40,611 nucleotides of DNA, taken from positions 676,284 to 716,894 of the forward strand of contig WELB01000008.1 of assembly GCA_009602725.1 (NCBI GenBank), in the 5' to 3' direction. Below, piece after piece: positions 26,701-36,905 of this stretch (its first letter is position 1; each line of letters begins with the position of its first letter). Made by a program: the position numbers and the translations under genes. The notes under the pieces are model-generated. The model did not search any database. It had not been told where the DNA came from and saw only the letters and a program-made list of their open reading frames with translations. The DNA comes from Spirogloea muscicola (Eukaryota).

Positions 26701-29700
26701 AAGACCCGGCTACTAATCATCAAGAATCACAAGAAGGCGAGATGTAGTAGAAGACCTGTGATCATCTTGACATTGACACCCAGCTCAAGAGCTTTCTCAA
26801 TTGTATCTGCAGTGTCGTGGCGCGGGGGATCAAGCAAGGGCAAGAGGCCCATGAAACGCCAGGGCCCACCAGGTCCTTCTGCGTTGCCATCTGGAATTTC
26901 CTGCAAGTCGCACTTGCACCAGCGAGCATCAGAGCAAAACAGCTAACCTGCGCATTCCTCATGCTGAGTCCTCATCAGTGTGTCATGGCCAATTCTCTGT
27001 TATGACAACACCATGGTCATGCATGGCCTGGGCAACACATTCAGAATCTTGTCTCACCTGCAGAGCCACGCCAAGGGTTCTCAGCCCGCGCTCAGCAAGC
27101 TTGTCAATGCTAGCCATTGCCTTTTGCCGCACGTCCTCTGAGCACTTTGTGAGCTCCAGTACCTGCAGGAGCAAAGACCTTCAACTTACACAATCCATGT
27201 AGCCATTGCTGCATGCATTTGCTGGTGTCCCACACTATCCACACTATGCTGTCCACATCCTGCCCTGGATTAAGGTAAGGCATATCACTCTACCTGCTCA
27301 GGAGCTCCCTTGCTTGCCCTGTACATCTTGCCGTCCTCTGTGGTATACGTAATTGCAGCGCGCTTGTCCGTCGGATTGAAGGGCAAGAAGTGCTTCTCTG
27401 TAATACCAGCTCTTGCCTGCAGAATGCACATGATCAGCACATGGAGACATGGGTGCAGCACTTGCTCAAGTGCTCCAAGGTGCACATGCAATCATCATGG
27501 ATACTGGGTATGCACCTGTCCTGGTTCCTCAAGTGTTCCCACGATTGCCTTGTCAATTGCCTCCTGATTTACGGTACTGGAGGCCCGCGCAGCCAGCAGC
27601 AAAATTTCTTCCTTGTTCGATTGCCCATCAAACACCTGCTCACAAGTCAGGAAATCCCTGTGAGCAAGTGTCCGACACTCTAACCGAATCTGAGCAATGT
27701 TTAGATGGTTCAGAGTCATGCCACCGTCAGTGGGCAACTTGGGTTGCTTACAATAGGCACTACCCACGTAAGTATTACCCAGCATCTATCAGACTTATCT
27801 GTGCACTCAGGGTTGATGACATGCCTCTATGTTCTCCTTATCGACAGTCAGCTGGTTGAGAGTCAACGTCCCCGTCTTGTCACTGCATAATATGTCCATG
27901 CCAGCCATCTCTTCAATGGCCGTCATGCGCTTAACAATAGCTCCCTGCTTGTGCAGATGCAGATTAGGCGTCAGCGCATGTTGGAGCTACCCGTTTGTTG
28001 GGAGGCATCGCAAGCAAATTAGTCTATCACATCAGTAAATCCCATCCTTCCACCCTCTTCATCACTGTTGATCTGTACAGGGCAGTGGCCTTTGTCAGGC
28101 ATGTGAGAGATCAAGCAGTCTGTGTCCTCAAGGGCGTCAATTTCGAATGTGTCTTCAATAGCAGGCACCTGCTTGGCCAGGTGGTGGGAGCCGATGGCCA
28201 TGGTGACTGACAGAACAGTTGGCATGGCAATTGGAATGCCACCAATCAAAAGCACAAGAAGATTGTTGATGCCGTTTCTGTATCTCCGCTTTTGTATGGC
28301 AAACATCACAATCGCCTCTATGAGGATGCCAATGAAGATGGACACAATGCAGAAGCTTCCAATCATAGCAAGCACCTGCAGGCCAAAAGTATCTGACACT
28401 GTTGTAGGACACAGGCTAGAAAAGGCGACTGCAACTCCCAGCTTTAAGGCAATCAAAATCACAATATCAAAGTGCAGCTCCGCTCTGAAAATACATAAAG
28501 TCTGAGCAAGTGACGAACAGATCCCAAGCAGATCAGCAGCATTCACAGGAGCCCTAGACAAGTTTACCACTGGTCACAGACCTTCTGGAAGTGACCCTGC
28601 TGGTCCGCTGTATCCACCAGGTGCGCAGCCTTGCCAAAGAATGTGTGCACGCCCGTAGCAATGACCACTGCATGCAGGTCTCCCTGCTTGCATGTTGACC
28701 CTGAGTAAACTTCATCCCCTTCCTTCTTGTTCACTGGCAATGACTCGCCTGTCAGCGCCGACTGCACAGCCGAGTATCACAGTGCAATTACATGGCTTGC
28801 TTCCTTTGAGTAGACTAAACCTTCCATCTGTACAACTTGAGCTTCGGGCACCATATGCAATCACAGACCGCCTCAGCGAACAGCATGGGACAGTACCTGG
28901 TCCACTTTCAGAGGTTCTCCTTTCAGGAGCCGCGCATCTGCAGGGATGATGTCGCCGCCCCGGATGCCAATGAGATCTCCCGGCACAAGGTGCGTTGCCT
29001 CCATCTCTTTCCAGGCTCCGTCACGGAGGACCTACTCACGAAGGTCATCACACTTTGACAATGATGAGTGCTATCCATACTACAAGATGTGGAAGCGCTA
29101 ATATCCAATTGTACGATCAGCACATGTAGTACTGGCATGTACTGATCTGATAGCATGTCCAGTATTTTGCTTCTGACAGCAGATTATTTGCATGAAAACA
29201 TGCAGGCAGTCAGTAATGGCACTGACAACTCTGACTAAAGGAAAGTTGGGGCCATTGCAGCTGAAGAACATCTTTGAAGTCATAATTGACTATCTCAGTA
29301 TTTGACTAAACATGGACAGTGAGCGTCTGCTACTCGTACATTTGCCGAAGGTGCCAGGTTGGCCATGAGTGCAGCAGCAGCTTTGCCTGCATTGTTCTCC
29401 TCATAGAAACTGAGAGTCGCATTGACCATCAGGAGTATGATGATGCCAACAAAGTCCTCCCAATCAGGTGGGAGGCCCTGCACATTCGGTAGACAATTTT
29501 TGATAAGATTATAGATAGCCATAAAGCGCTTGACAATTAATGATTGCCTCGGCTGACTATTAGGCTGTTGGAACATGAAAGCAGATACAGCAGTGTTAGC
29601 AATGTGTGACGAGGTGACAGTCAGATCACATCTACTGCTGCGCCGTGGCAGGCAGAGGCAATAGCTGAGAGTGATTGTACTGATCGGACCTGGCCGTTAG

Positions 29701-30724
29701 CAACAACAATAGCGACCAGCGCAGCCATCTCCATGACCCAGGACAGCGGATTCCACAGGAAGCTGAGGAATTTCAGAAATGCACTTTGCTGGACACACGA
29801 AAGTGTGTCAAGGTGTCAGAGCATCAACTCTTGTCAAGCCTCTGACCGATGCTGACAATACCATGTCAACCGAAAGCAGCTGCTGGCAGCCGCACATGAT
29901 ATGACAAGCCCAATACATCCACGACTTTGCCCCAAACTTGGACACGTTGTTTGGTAGACTTACACCTTGTCAAGCCGGCCAAGTCAAAGTGACTGCAGTC
30001 TGCATGTTGGAAAGGAAGTTTTGCGATGTGTGTACCATTTGGACCTTATTGCAGGGCTTGCAGCAGCATTGGCCAACTCGTGTAAACAGTCACTCACATG
30101 CTTCTCTTCAAGCTTGTTTTGTCCGAAAATATTGATACGCTCTTCTGCTTCTTGGGATGTCAGCCCCTGCGGGCTTGTCTTGAGCTGATCCCAGACCTCG
30201 TCCATGGGGGCATGCTCCTGTTTGAAATTCACTCAGCGGCGCAGACGCTGGAGGTGAGAAGGCGGTCTGCTCACATCGACCAGCAGGCTTTCGGTGGGCC
30301 ACATTTCCTCCACGCCAGGCTCGTCTTGAGAGGGCAAACCACGGGAATCGAACCTATATCGGGAAGGCTATACAAAGGACAGCCGCTCAAGCCCCTGAGC
30401 ATCTCAGTCAGGGTGACTGCAGCGAGGCCTCTCCTCGTGATGGCTGACTGCAGCAGCCACTCGCAAGGCCGAATTCGATGGCTACCGGGCCGCATTGCCG
30501 TCAGTGTGGAGTAATCAAATGCCTCCCAGCATGCAACGGCCCTGTGCTGGCGGCTGGGAAGTAAGCCCCGAGGTGCAGGCCGTCGGGCAGGACGGGTGGC
30601 GGGGAGCAGGGCTCGGCCAGACTGGCATTGCCGGCCTCACCAGATCAATCTTGTCGAGCGCGTCCGCCTGCAGGCCTCCCGCGGTGGCGCCATGCCCGCC
30701 GCCGCCGTTCACGTCCTTGCCCAT
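23719..30724 (-). CDS. AHA: Plasma-membrane H+-ATPase (P-type 3A) with C-terminal autoinhibitory R domain and penultimate Thr
   Basis: ATG at 30724 (MGKDVNGG...DKIDL); [50 protein letters not shown], phosphorylation motif [57 protein letters not shown] and [23 protein letters not shown]; last exon 23793-23719 ends DKAYTL-TGA. Confidence 0.97.
27636..27824 (-). other. GC-AG intron in the H+-ATPase gene
   Basis: GAG|GCATGT donor on the minus strand; the join gives [28 protein letters not shown]. Confidence 0.85.
30333..30409 (-). pseudogene. tRNA-like relic (pseudo-tRNA or tRNA-derived SINE head) in H+-ATPase intron 1
   Basis: Minus strand: D-arm GCTC-AGGGGCTT-GAGC; anticodon-like arm GCTGT-CCTTTGT-ATAGC; B-box/T-loop GGTTCGATTCC (30354-30344); tRNA-like spacing, about 77 nt in total. 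Acceptor stem does not pair and U33 is absent. Confidence 0.35.
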
Positions 30725-31053
30725 GCTGCTGAGCGAGGCGTCGCCTGTCGCGAGCGGAAGCCCGCTGCTGGCTGCGGATGGCCCGCACTGGCGGTTCCCC
30801 CGGCAGCGCGCGCGGGCTCAGAGGCCGCCGCCGCCGCCGCTGCCGCCGCCGCCGCTGTCGCCGTCCTCCTCGCAGCTCTACCGTCAGGCCGCTGCCTTCG
30901 CGCTTGGGCCTGCGCTGAGCGTCCATCTCAGTCCTTCCGGCGGTGCTGGCGTGGAGGTTTGGCCGGCGAGCAACAACAGCTCTTATTCTTGGAAGCCAGG
31001 CAGGCCTGACGCAGGCGCCTCTGAGGTCCTCTGCTGCACTGTTGGCCTCCGCC

Positions 31054-31745
31054 ATGGCCGCGTCGATGACGACAAGCCTCGTTGTCTCGGATCAGGCTGC
31101 CGCTGTCTTGGCTGCATGTACGCCGAGCTGCAGTGTTGAGTTCCTGAGTAGGAGGCCTGGTGCGGTGAGCTCCGTTGCGAGAAGCAGGGAGGGCCGCTTG
31201 TCAAGCAGGCATGTCAGCGCAAGCCAGGGCCTCAGATTGGATCGACAGTCCCTTGAGCTGGTCCGGAGAAGGAGGAACAGGTGCTCAACCACTGAGAGGC
31301 TGCAGTATTCACAGACAGGACCAAGGGCAGAAGCCAGTGCTGTGGCGCCTGTTCTGGAGACCACAGCCCTCCCTCAATCCTTCATAAGCCAGAAGCAGAA
31401 ATCCACCCAGAAGTTCGTCATAGCTGGAGATTCTGGTGAGGATGGCAGATATGGGCAGGCTGTTGGTGCATTTGAGTATGAAGCGGTGCAGATCACCTCA
31501 AGGCTTCAGATCCTAGAACCCCCAAGTATTCTAGCAGCTCCAGCCAGGATCTCCCCAGTCACTACTGGTCGTAGTCCTGCTGTTGTGGAGACTGGTGCCC
31601 AGACTGGTCTTGTTGCAACTTCAAGGCCAGGACATACAAGTTTGGAGATCAAGACCAGACAGAGCAAACAGGCTTCCAGGCAGCTGGCTGGTGACCAGAT
31701 CAGCGTGCTTCGTGACCCAGCATTGAACAAGGGCACAGCTTTCAC
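31054..31745 (+). CDS. First exon of a probable NAD(P)-dependent malic enzyme with a long transit-peptide-like N-terminus; rest of gene not present
   Basis: Strong context CCGCCATGG at 31054; open frame of about 230 codons, S/A/R-rich at the start; ends SVLRDPALNKGTAFT, matching the malic-enzyme N-terminal motif LxDPxxNKGxAF(T); followed by a canonical GTGAGT donor at 31746. Confidence 0.62.
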
Positions 31746-31826
31746 GTGAGTCGTTCTTTACTGAGCCAAATGTGAGATAGCACCTGCTCCAAGCAACTGC
31801 AACAGTGGCAGCTGTTCGCCTTGCTC

Positions 31827-31827
31827 N
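31827..31827. other. Single-N assembly placeholder after the malic-enzyme-like exon
   Basis: Literal n about 80 bp into the intron; the sequence beyond it leads into the next gene's 5' region. Confidence 0.9.
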
Positions 31828-32105
31828 CCTCTCCACTACCCCCCTCCCCCTTCCTGGATTCCGCCGGTCCGCCTAGGGCCGCCCTCCCTCCTCTTGCCCT
31901 ACACAAGGCGCGGGAGTTACGACCTCGGCAAGTTCCATGCAGCTGCCCACCCAACTCGACCTCAAGCCCGTCTCGCTCAGCCCAACGTTGCCCACCACTT
32001 CGCCTGACTCTGACTCGAGCCGCCATCCTCTGCCACTACTCCGCCACCCAGTCTCCGCCGGCAGTCGGTGAGCAGAGCCGCGGCTTCCTCAGGCCCGCCG
32101 CCAGC

Positions 32106-33097
32106 ATGGACTACAATAACCAGCAGGGGGGCTACAACCAGCAGCAGGGGTACAACAACCAGGGCGGCGGCGGCATGGGCTACAACGACGGCCAGGGCCA
32201 GGGCTACAACCAGGGCGGCCAGAATATGGGCGGCAGTTATGGCCAGCAGCAGCAGGTAGTTAACCCGCTTCTAGCAGCATCTCCCAACCTGGCCGCGTCA
32301 ACCTTGGCTTGTAATTGTGACTACTACAAGTTCTCTTACTCATAAGGAGAGATGGTTTCTACGTTCTTTGCTTAGAGGAGGGCTACTCACAGTAGCTTCT
32401 GCTAGATTCTCTTCCATTGTCCTTAGAGCATGGACTATACAACAATTGCGGTGTCAGCTGCTAGCAATCTCAACCACATTGAGAAATGTGACGTGCAGGG
32501 CGGCTTCGGAGGACAGCAGGGTGGCTATGGTGACAACCAGGGCGGGTACGGCGGCCAGCAGCAGGGCGGGTACGGCGGCCAGCAGCAGGGCGGGTACGGC
32601 GGCCAGCAGCAGGGCGGGTACGGCGGCCAGCAGCAGGGCAACTATGGTGGGAACAACAATGGCCAGGTCAGGTCCTCGATGCATCCGGGAAAAACCTGGG
32701 CTAATGTATTGCGTTAATGACTTACTGCAACATTAGTAGGTACTCTTGCAACAACAATGTTGACCCTCATCTCACTTGAGTTCTTCAGGATGGCGAGAAG
32801 AAGCATGACCACAAGCGCTTGGAAGAGGTGGCCCTGGTCGGTGCTCTAGGTGTTGGTGCGTATGAGTATGAGCAGCACCGCAGGAAGGAGAAGCGGGAAG
32901 AGGAGCAGGAGCAGCAAAACAATTCTGACCAGCCAAAGCAGCACGACCACAAGCGTCTGGAGGAGGCGGCCGCGGTTGGCGCCCTTGGTGTAGGCGCCTA
33001 TGAGTATGAGCAGCACCGCCGCAAGGAGAAGGAGCAGGAGCTTCAGGAGCAGCAGCAGTATGGCGGAGAGAAGCCCAAGAAGGAGGGTTGGTTCTGA
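32106..33097 (+). CDS. G/Q/Y/N-rich hydrophilic protein with ASR (ABA/WDS)-like duplicated C-terminal domain, about 208 aa (paralogue A)
   Basis: Exons 32106-32255, 32499-32666, 32789-33097 with phase-0 GT-AG introns. MDYNNQQGGY..., (GGYGGQQQ)4, then two copies of HDHKRLEE(V/A)AxVGALGVGAYEYEQHRRKEK, ending KKEGWF-TGA. Confidence 0.85.
32541..32636 (+). repeat. Perfect coding tandem repeat, 4 x 24 bp (GGYGGQQQ)
   Basis: GGCGGGTACGGCGGCCAGCAGCAG x4, identical copies. Confidence 0.97.
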
Positions 33098-34579
33098 TTT
33101 ACATCAGTTGTGCACATTGCGTAGACAATGTCTTCCGCTAGATGTGTCAACGAAGTTAATGTTGGTTGGCAGCCTGAAGCCTCCTATTAGGTATAAAATT
33201 TTGCAGAGCCTCTTGTTTGCAGCCACTGAGCATATTTTATTTGTTCTAGTATATATACCCAGTTGAGAATGTCTACATTCCACCTTTTTAACATTTATTG
33301 GTATGGTTGTCAACAATACATATATGACCGTGAAATTTCACATCTACAGTGGATATGCTACAAGGGCTGTCGTATGCTTTTCCATGATGGAGTTGTTGTT
33401 GCCCACATCCATTTAAGAAGTTCAGGCTAGTGCCTGCAAGCCACAGAGCTAGAATACAATCTCCATGTTGTCATGGTGCTGTCTTATTGTGCCAAACAGC
33501 CCTAGGCTGCTGCCAGGCAGGTAGCTCTTTCTGAGAGCGCCACTGGATGGAGATACTCCTGGCATTCTTGTGTGGAACTCCTTGGCATTGCTGTTTGAGA
33601 CCATTTTGGACTCAGCTGTTAAGCCACTCGTCTTCAGGCTGGCAGGCGCTAGTCTCCCTCATTGAGATGAACTTAGTAGTAGCCAACCCGGCAAATTGTG
33701 ATGTCTTGACTTGTATACTTACTTCATAAGTGTTGAGCACCCATATCTGTACGACGTTCTTACCTCCCAAAATCTATGGAAAGCTGGCTTACATGGCCCC
33801 CACTGTAGCCACACGAGGAGAGTCGTGTCCTTGGGCTGGCTACTTTAAAGAGTCCTTTGAATGAGTTGCTAGCTTCTCTCGTCTTTCAGAAAGTTGCCCC
33901 AGTACTACTTATACCCTTGATGCTATGTGCCTCTCCCCTGCTCATGGGTGCTAAAGCAGTAAGCAGTTCTTCCAAAAGATGAAACAGCTCTCAGATTGCA
34001 GTGATGGCTGTCAGACGCCCAGCCCAAAGGAGTGGACTACAGTCCGCTTCAGCCTTGCTGAACTTGCTCAGCTTCTTTAGCCCCTCTTAGCCTAAAGCAC
34101 TTTCAGTTGTCCAACTTTTACCGTTTCCTCTGCTTTTCCTACATTGTCAGTGCATTCACACGGCTTGGCCTTAGTTTTGCGTCAAGCTCTCCGCGTGCCT
34201 TTCCTCCTAGCTGCTTCTTCCTTGGGCTGGCTTCTGCTGCACAGGCTCGTTGCCCGCTCTGGCAGCAATAGCAGGCTCTCCATTAGAATGGACGAAGTTC
34301 GAAGGGGCCACCTAAAGCACACAGCAACTAAAGTAGAACAAGGACGCCTCGAGTGGCCACTGGGTGCTCAATATCCCATGTTGAGCAGCCGCATGTCAGT
34401 AGTGGAAGTAGTCTCCGTGTAGCGCTTTAGCGGGCTCATACTTATTCGCTGGGCTGGCCAATCACCTCCAATGCCCCTATACTGGAAGAATCTCTCCCCG
34501 ACAAGGTTTAGATTAGGTCTCCGTATTATGTAGCATTGTTTAGTCTGCACTCGACTCTGCCTGAACAATGTATTGGCTT

Positions 34580-35190
34580 GAATTGGCCTCCCTTTCAATT
34601 CATGCGCCCCGCGCGCCTTCTCTCCCCGACAAGAATGGAAATGCTTCTCCCCAATAGGGCAAGGGCACCGGAAAAAGTAGGGTAAAGCAAAACGGAGTCG
34701 GAGAAAGCGAGGGGGCACGGGAGAACGAGTTGTTCGCCCACGGAGAACAGGGGCTGGGAAACGAGAGAAGTGGCTCTAGCCAATGGGGGGCAATGGCTGT
34801 GAGAGGCCAGCCCGACAAGGAGGGACAAGATGCAGAGAGCCAAAAAGGTGCCGAGGGCGAGAGGGCGAGCAGAGAAAGAGAGAATTGAAGTAAGCTCTGC
34901 CAAAGAGTACTGAGTGATCCGTAGCTGCTTTGTTTCTGTGTGCTAGTTTTTCTTAGCGCTTCCCCTGGCCCCCTTCTCGTCCTTTGTTGATTCATGTTTG
35001 GGCTGGCTTTTCCAGCCCCTATTCTCAATGGGCGAGCGCTTTCTGCCAAGGAGGGGCAAGGGCTGTGACGAAAGACAAGACGCTTCCAGGAGAGGGCGGT
35101 GGCTGAGAGAGGCCAGCCCAGAGAAAATGACTAACAAAGTCCGAAAGACCAGGGAAAGCGCTACAGCACGCACGGAAATAGACAGCCCGA
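34580..35190. repeat. GGGCTGGC-hairpin repeat family cluster, including a fold-back at 34954-35163
   Basis: Reverse complement of about 34750-34814 matches 39255-39310; 34954-35017 and 35101-35163 are imperfect inverted arms; 34580-34606 matches the reverse complement of 38277-38304. Confidence 0.85.
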
Positions 35191-35367
35191 AAATAATTGA
35201 CCAAGTCCGAAGGGAAGAAAGAGGTTGGGGGGGGGGGCGCTCCGCAGCCGTCGGATCTGTTGAGGTGGACGTCCCCGTCTTTAAGAGCCGTTATGCGCCG
35301 CGTCAGCGTCACCTAGTCGCCGAGCCCTTGCGACCGTCCTCGCGCCCCGGGAGGGCCGGAAGGCATC

Positions 35368-35463
35368 GCCACGTGTGGGACGCGTGGCACGCTTCAGCGG
35401 GTACCAAGTGGCCTCAAGCCGCTGTTGCTGAGGGCAGGGCCACCGTCTGGTTGACGGCATGCA
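35368..35463 (+). promoter_or_regulatory. ABRE plus CE3-like coupling element (ABRC-like) and RY core upstream of paralogue B
   Basis: GCCACGTGT at 35368-35376 (ACACGTGGC on the minus strand), ACGCGTGGC at 35380-35388, CATGCA at 35458-35463; about 250 bp upstream of ATG 35625. Confidence 0.6.
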
Positions 35464-35559
35464 GTCAAGCTGCCACCCCCCCCGGCTTCCACCCCACCCC
35501 GGCCGCGCCCAGAGAGAAACAACGGTTTAGACTCAGCCCGCTTCCGGCCAACCCCCGCC

Positions 35560-35590
<31 letters not shown>

Positions 35591-35624
35591 CCGCGGGCGC
35601 AGCTCGCCACCAGCGCAGCCAGCC

Positions 35625-36905
35625 ATGGAGTACGGGCGCGGCGAGGGCGGCGGGTACGGGGAGGGCGGGTATGGCGGCCCGCCGCAGGAGCACCACCACC
35701 ACCACCACGAGCGGCGCGACGAGGAGGGCTACGGCGGCGACGACCGCCGGCCCGAGTACGAGCAGCGGGGCGGCTACGGCCGCAACGACGAGGAGTCCCG
35801 TGGCCGGCCCGGCGGCTACAACCAGCAGGGGCCCGGCGGCTACAACCAGCAGGGGGGCTATGGCCAGGTTAGCTGCAAATTTCGATAGTGGTGGTGCCAG
35901 TGACCGTCCGTGCCTGCCTATCTACCAAGTAAGGCCTGCGGGCATCTTCACATCGAAAGGCTGGGCAAACATAGGGACATACTGAGACTTCCGTATAAGA
36001 GGTCCAATCTGCAGTCAAGATAAGAAATTGCAATTAGTATCTGCCACTGTAATCCATTTGCAAGCATCCCATCTCGTGCCGTCACCTGCGCCTGGTGTGA
36101 AGTCACTAATTTGCACGCGCATTCCAAGTCGTAGGCGAGCTCTTGATGTGCTCTTGCAGATAAAGTTTGAGGAACCTGCAATTTGTATAGTGCAATTACC
36201 CAGGCAAACTGCCTGTCCTTGAGCGATGCTTGTCTGGTGTCCGACTCCGCAGGGTCCATATCAAGGCCCTGTTGGTGGTGGAAGTGGATATGGTGGACAA
36301 CAACTTCCTCAGTACAACAACCAAGAGTATGGCTCTGGATATCCTGGCAATCAGCCAGGATATAATGCACAGGGACCTCAAGGATTTCAGGGACCTGGCG
36401 GTGGTGGCAGCGGCTTTGGTGGCCAGCAGATGCCGCAGTACAACAATCAGCAATATGGTGCAGGCTATGGTCCTGGCAGTGCGGTACGTGCCCTGATATA
36501 CCCTCTGATACACTCGTGCTTTGGTCTATCTATTTGCGGACGGGTAAGTGCTGGCTGGCTTGGAGGCCTTGAGTGAGTCCTTTTTGGCTGTAGTTATACC
36601 AAGAATAGCGGCCATCATCATGGATCTGGTGCTGCTTCAGCATCTGACTGCATTTGCAATCACATGTACAGAACCACGAGCCAAAGAAGCCTGAGAAGCA
36701 CCACTATCTGGAGGAAGCAGCTATTGTCGGAGCAGCAGGAGCTGCTGCTCTGGGGGTGTATGAGTACAAACAGCACGAGAAGAAGGAGAAGGAAGAGAAA
36801 CTTCGCAAGCAGCAGGAGCAGCAGCAGTATGGCCAGCCTTATGGTGGTCAGAACCAATACGGGCAACCTCCAAAGGAGGAGAAGAAGCATGGGTGGTTTT
36901 CGTGA
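35625..36905 (+). CDS. G/Q/Y-rich hydrophilic protein with His tract and a single ASR (ABA/WDS)-like unit, about 235 aa (paralogue B)
   Basis: Exons 35625-35867, 36253-36483, 36672-36905 with phase-0 GT-AG introns. MEYGRGEGGGY...QEHHHHHHE..., GGQQxPQYNNQxYG twice, KHHYLEEAAIVGAAGAAALGVYEYKQHEKKEK, ending EEKKHGWFS-TGA. Confidence 0.85.
35806..35853 (+). repeat. Coding tandem repeat, 2 x 24 bp (PGGYNQQG)
   Basis: GGCCCGGCGGCTACAACCAGCAGG twice. Confidence 0.9.

Noticed and set aside
30645..31055. Minus-strand ORF overlapping the AHA start as a possible uORF (ATGs at 31055 and 30926)
   Set aside because: The transcription start is unknown, the ATGs may lie upstream of it, and GC-rich DNA gives long open frames by chance.
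32541..32636. Direct repeats as a possible CRISPR array
   Set aside because: Contiguous in-frame coding repeats without spacers, in a eukaryotic exon.
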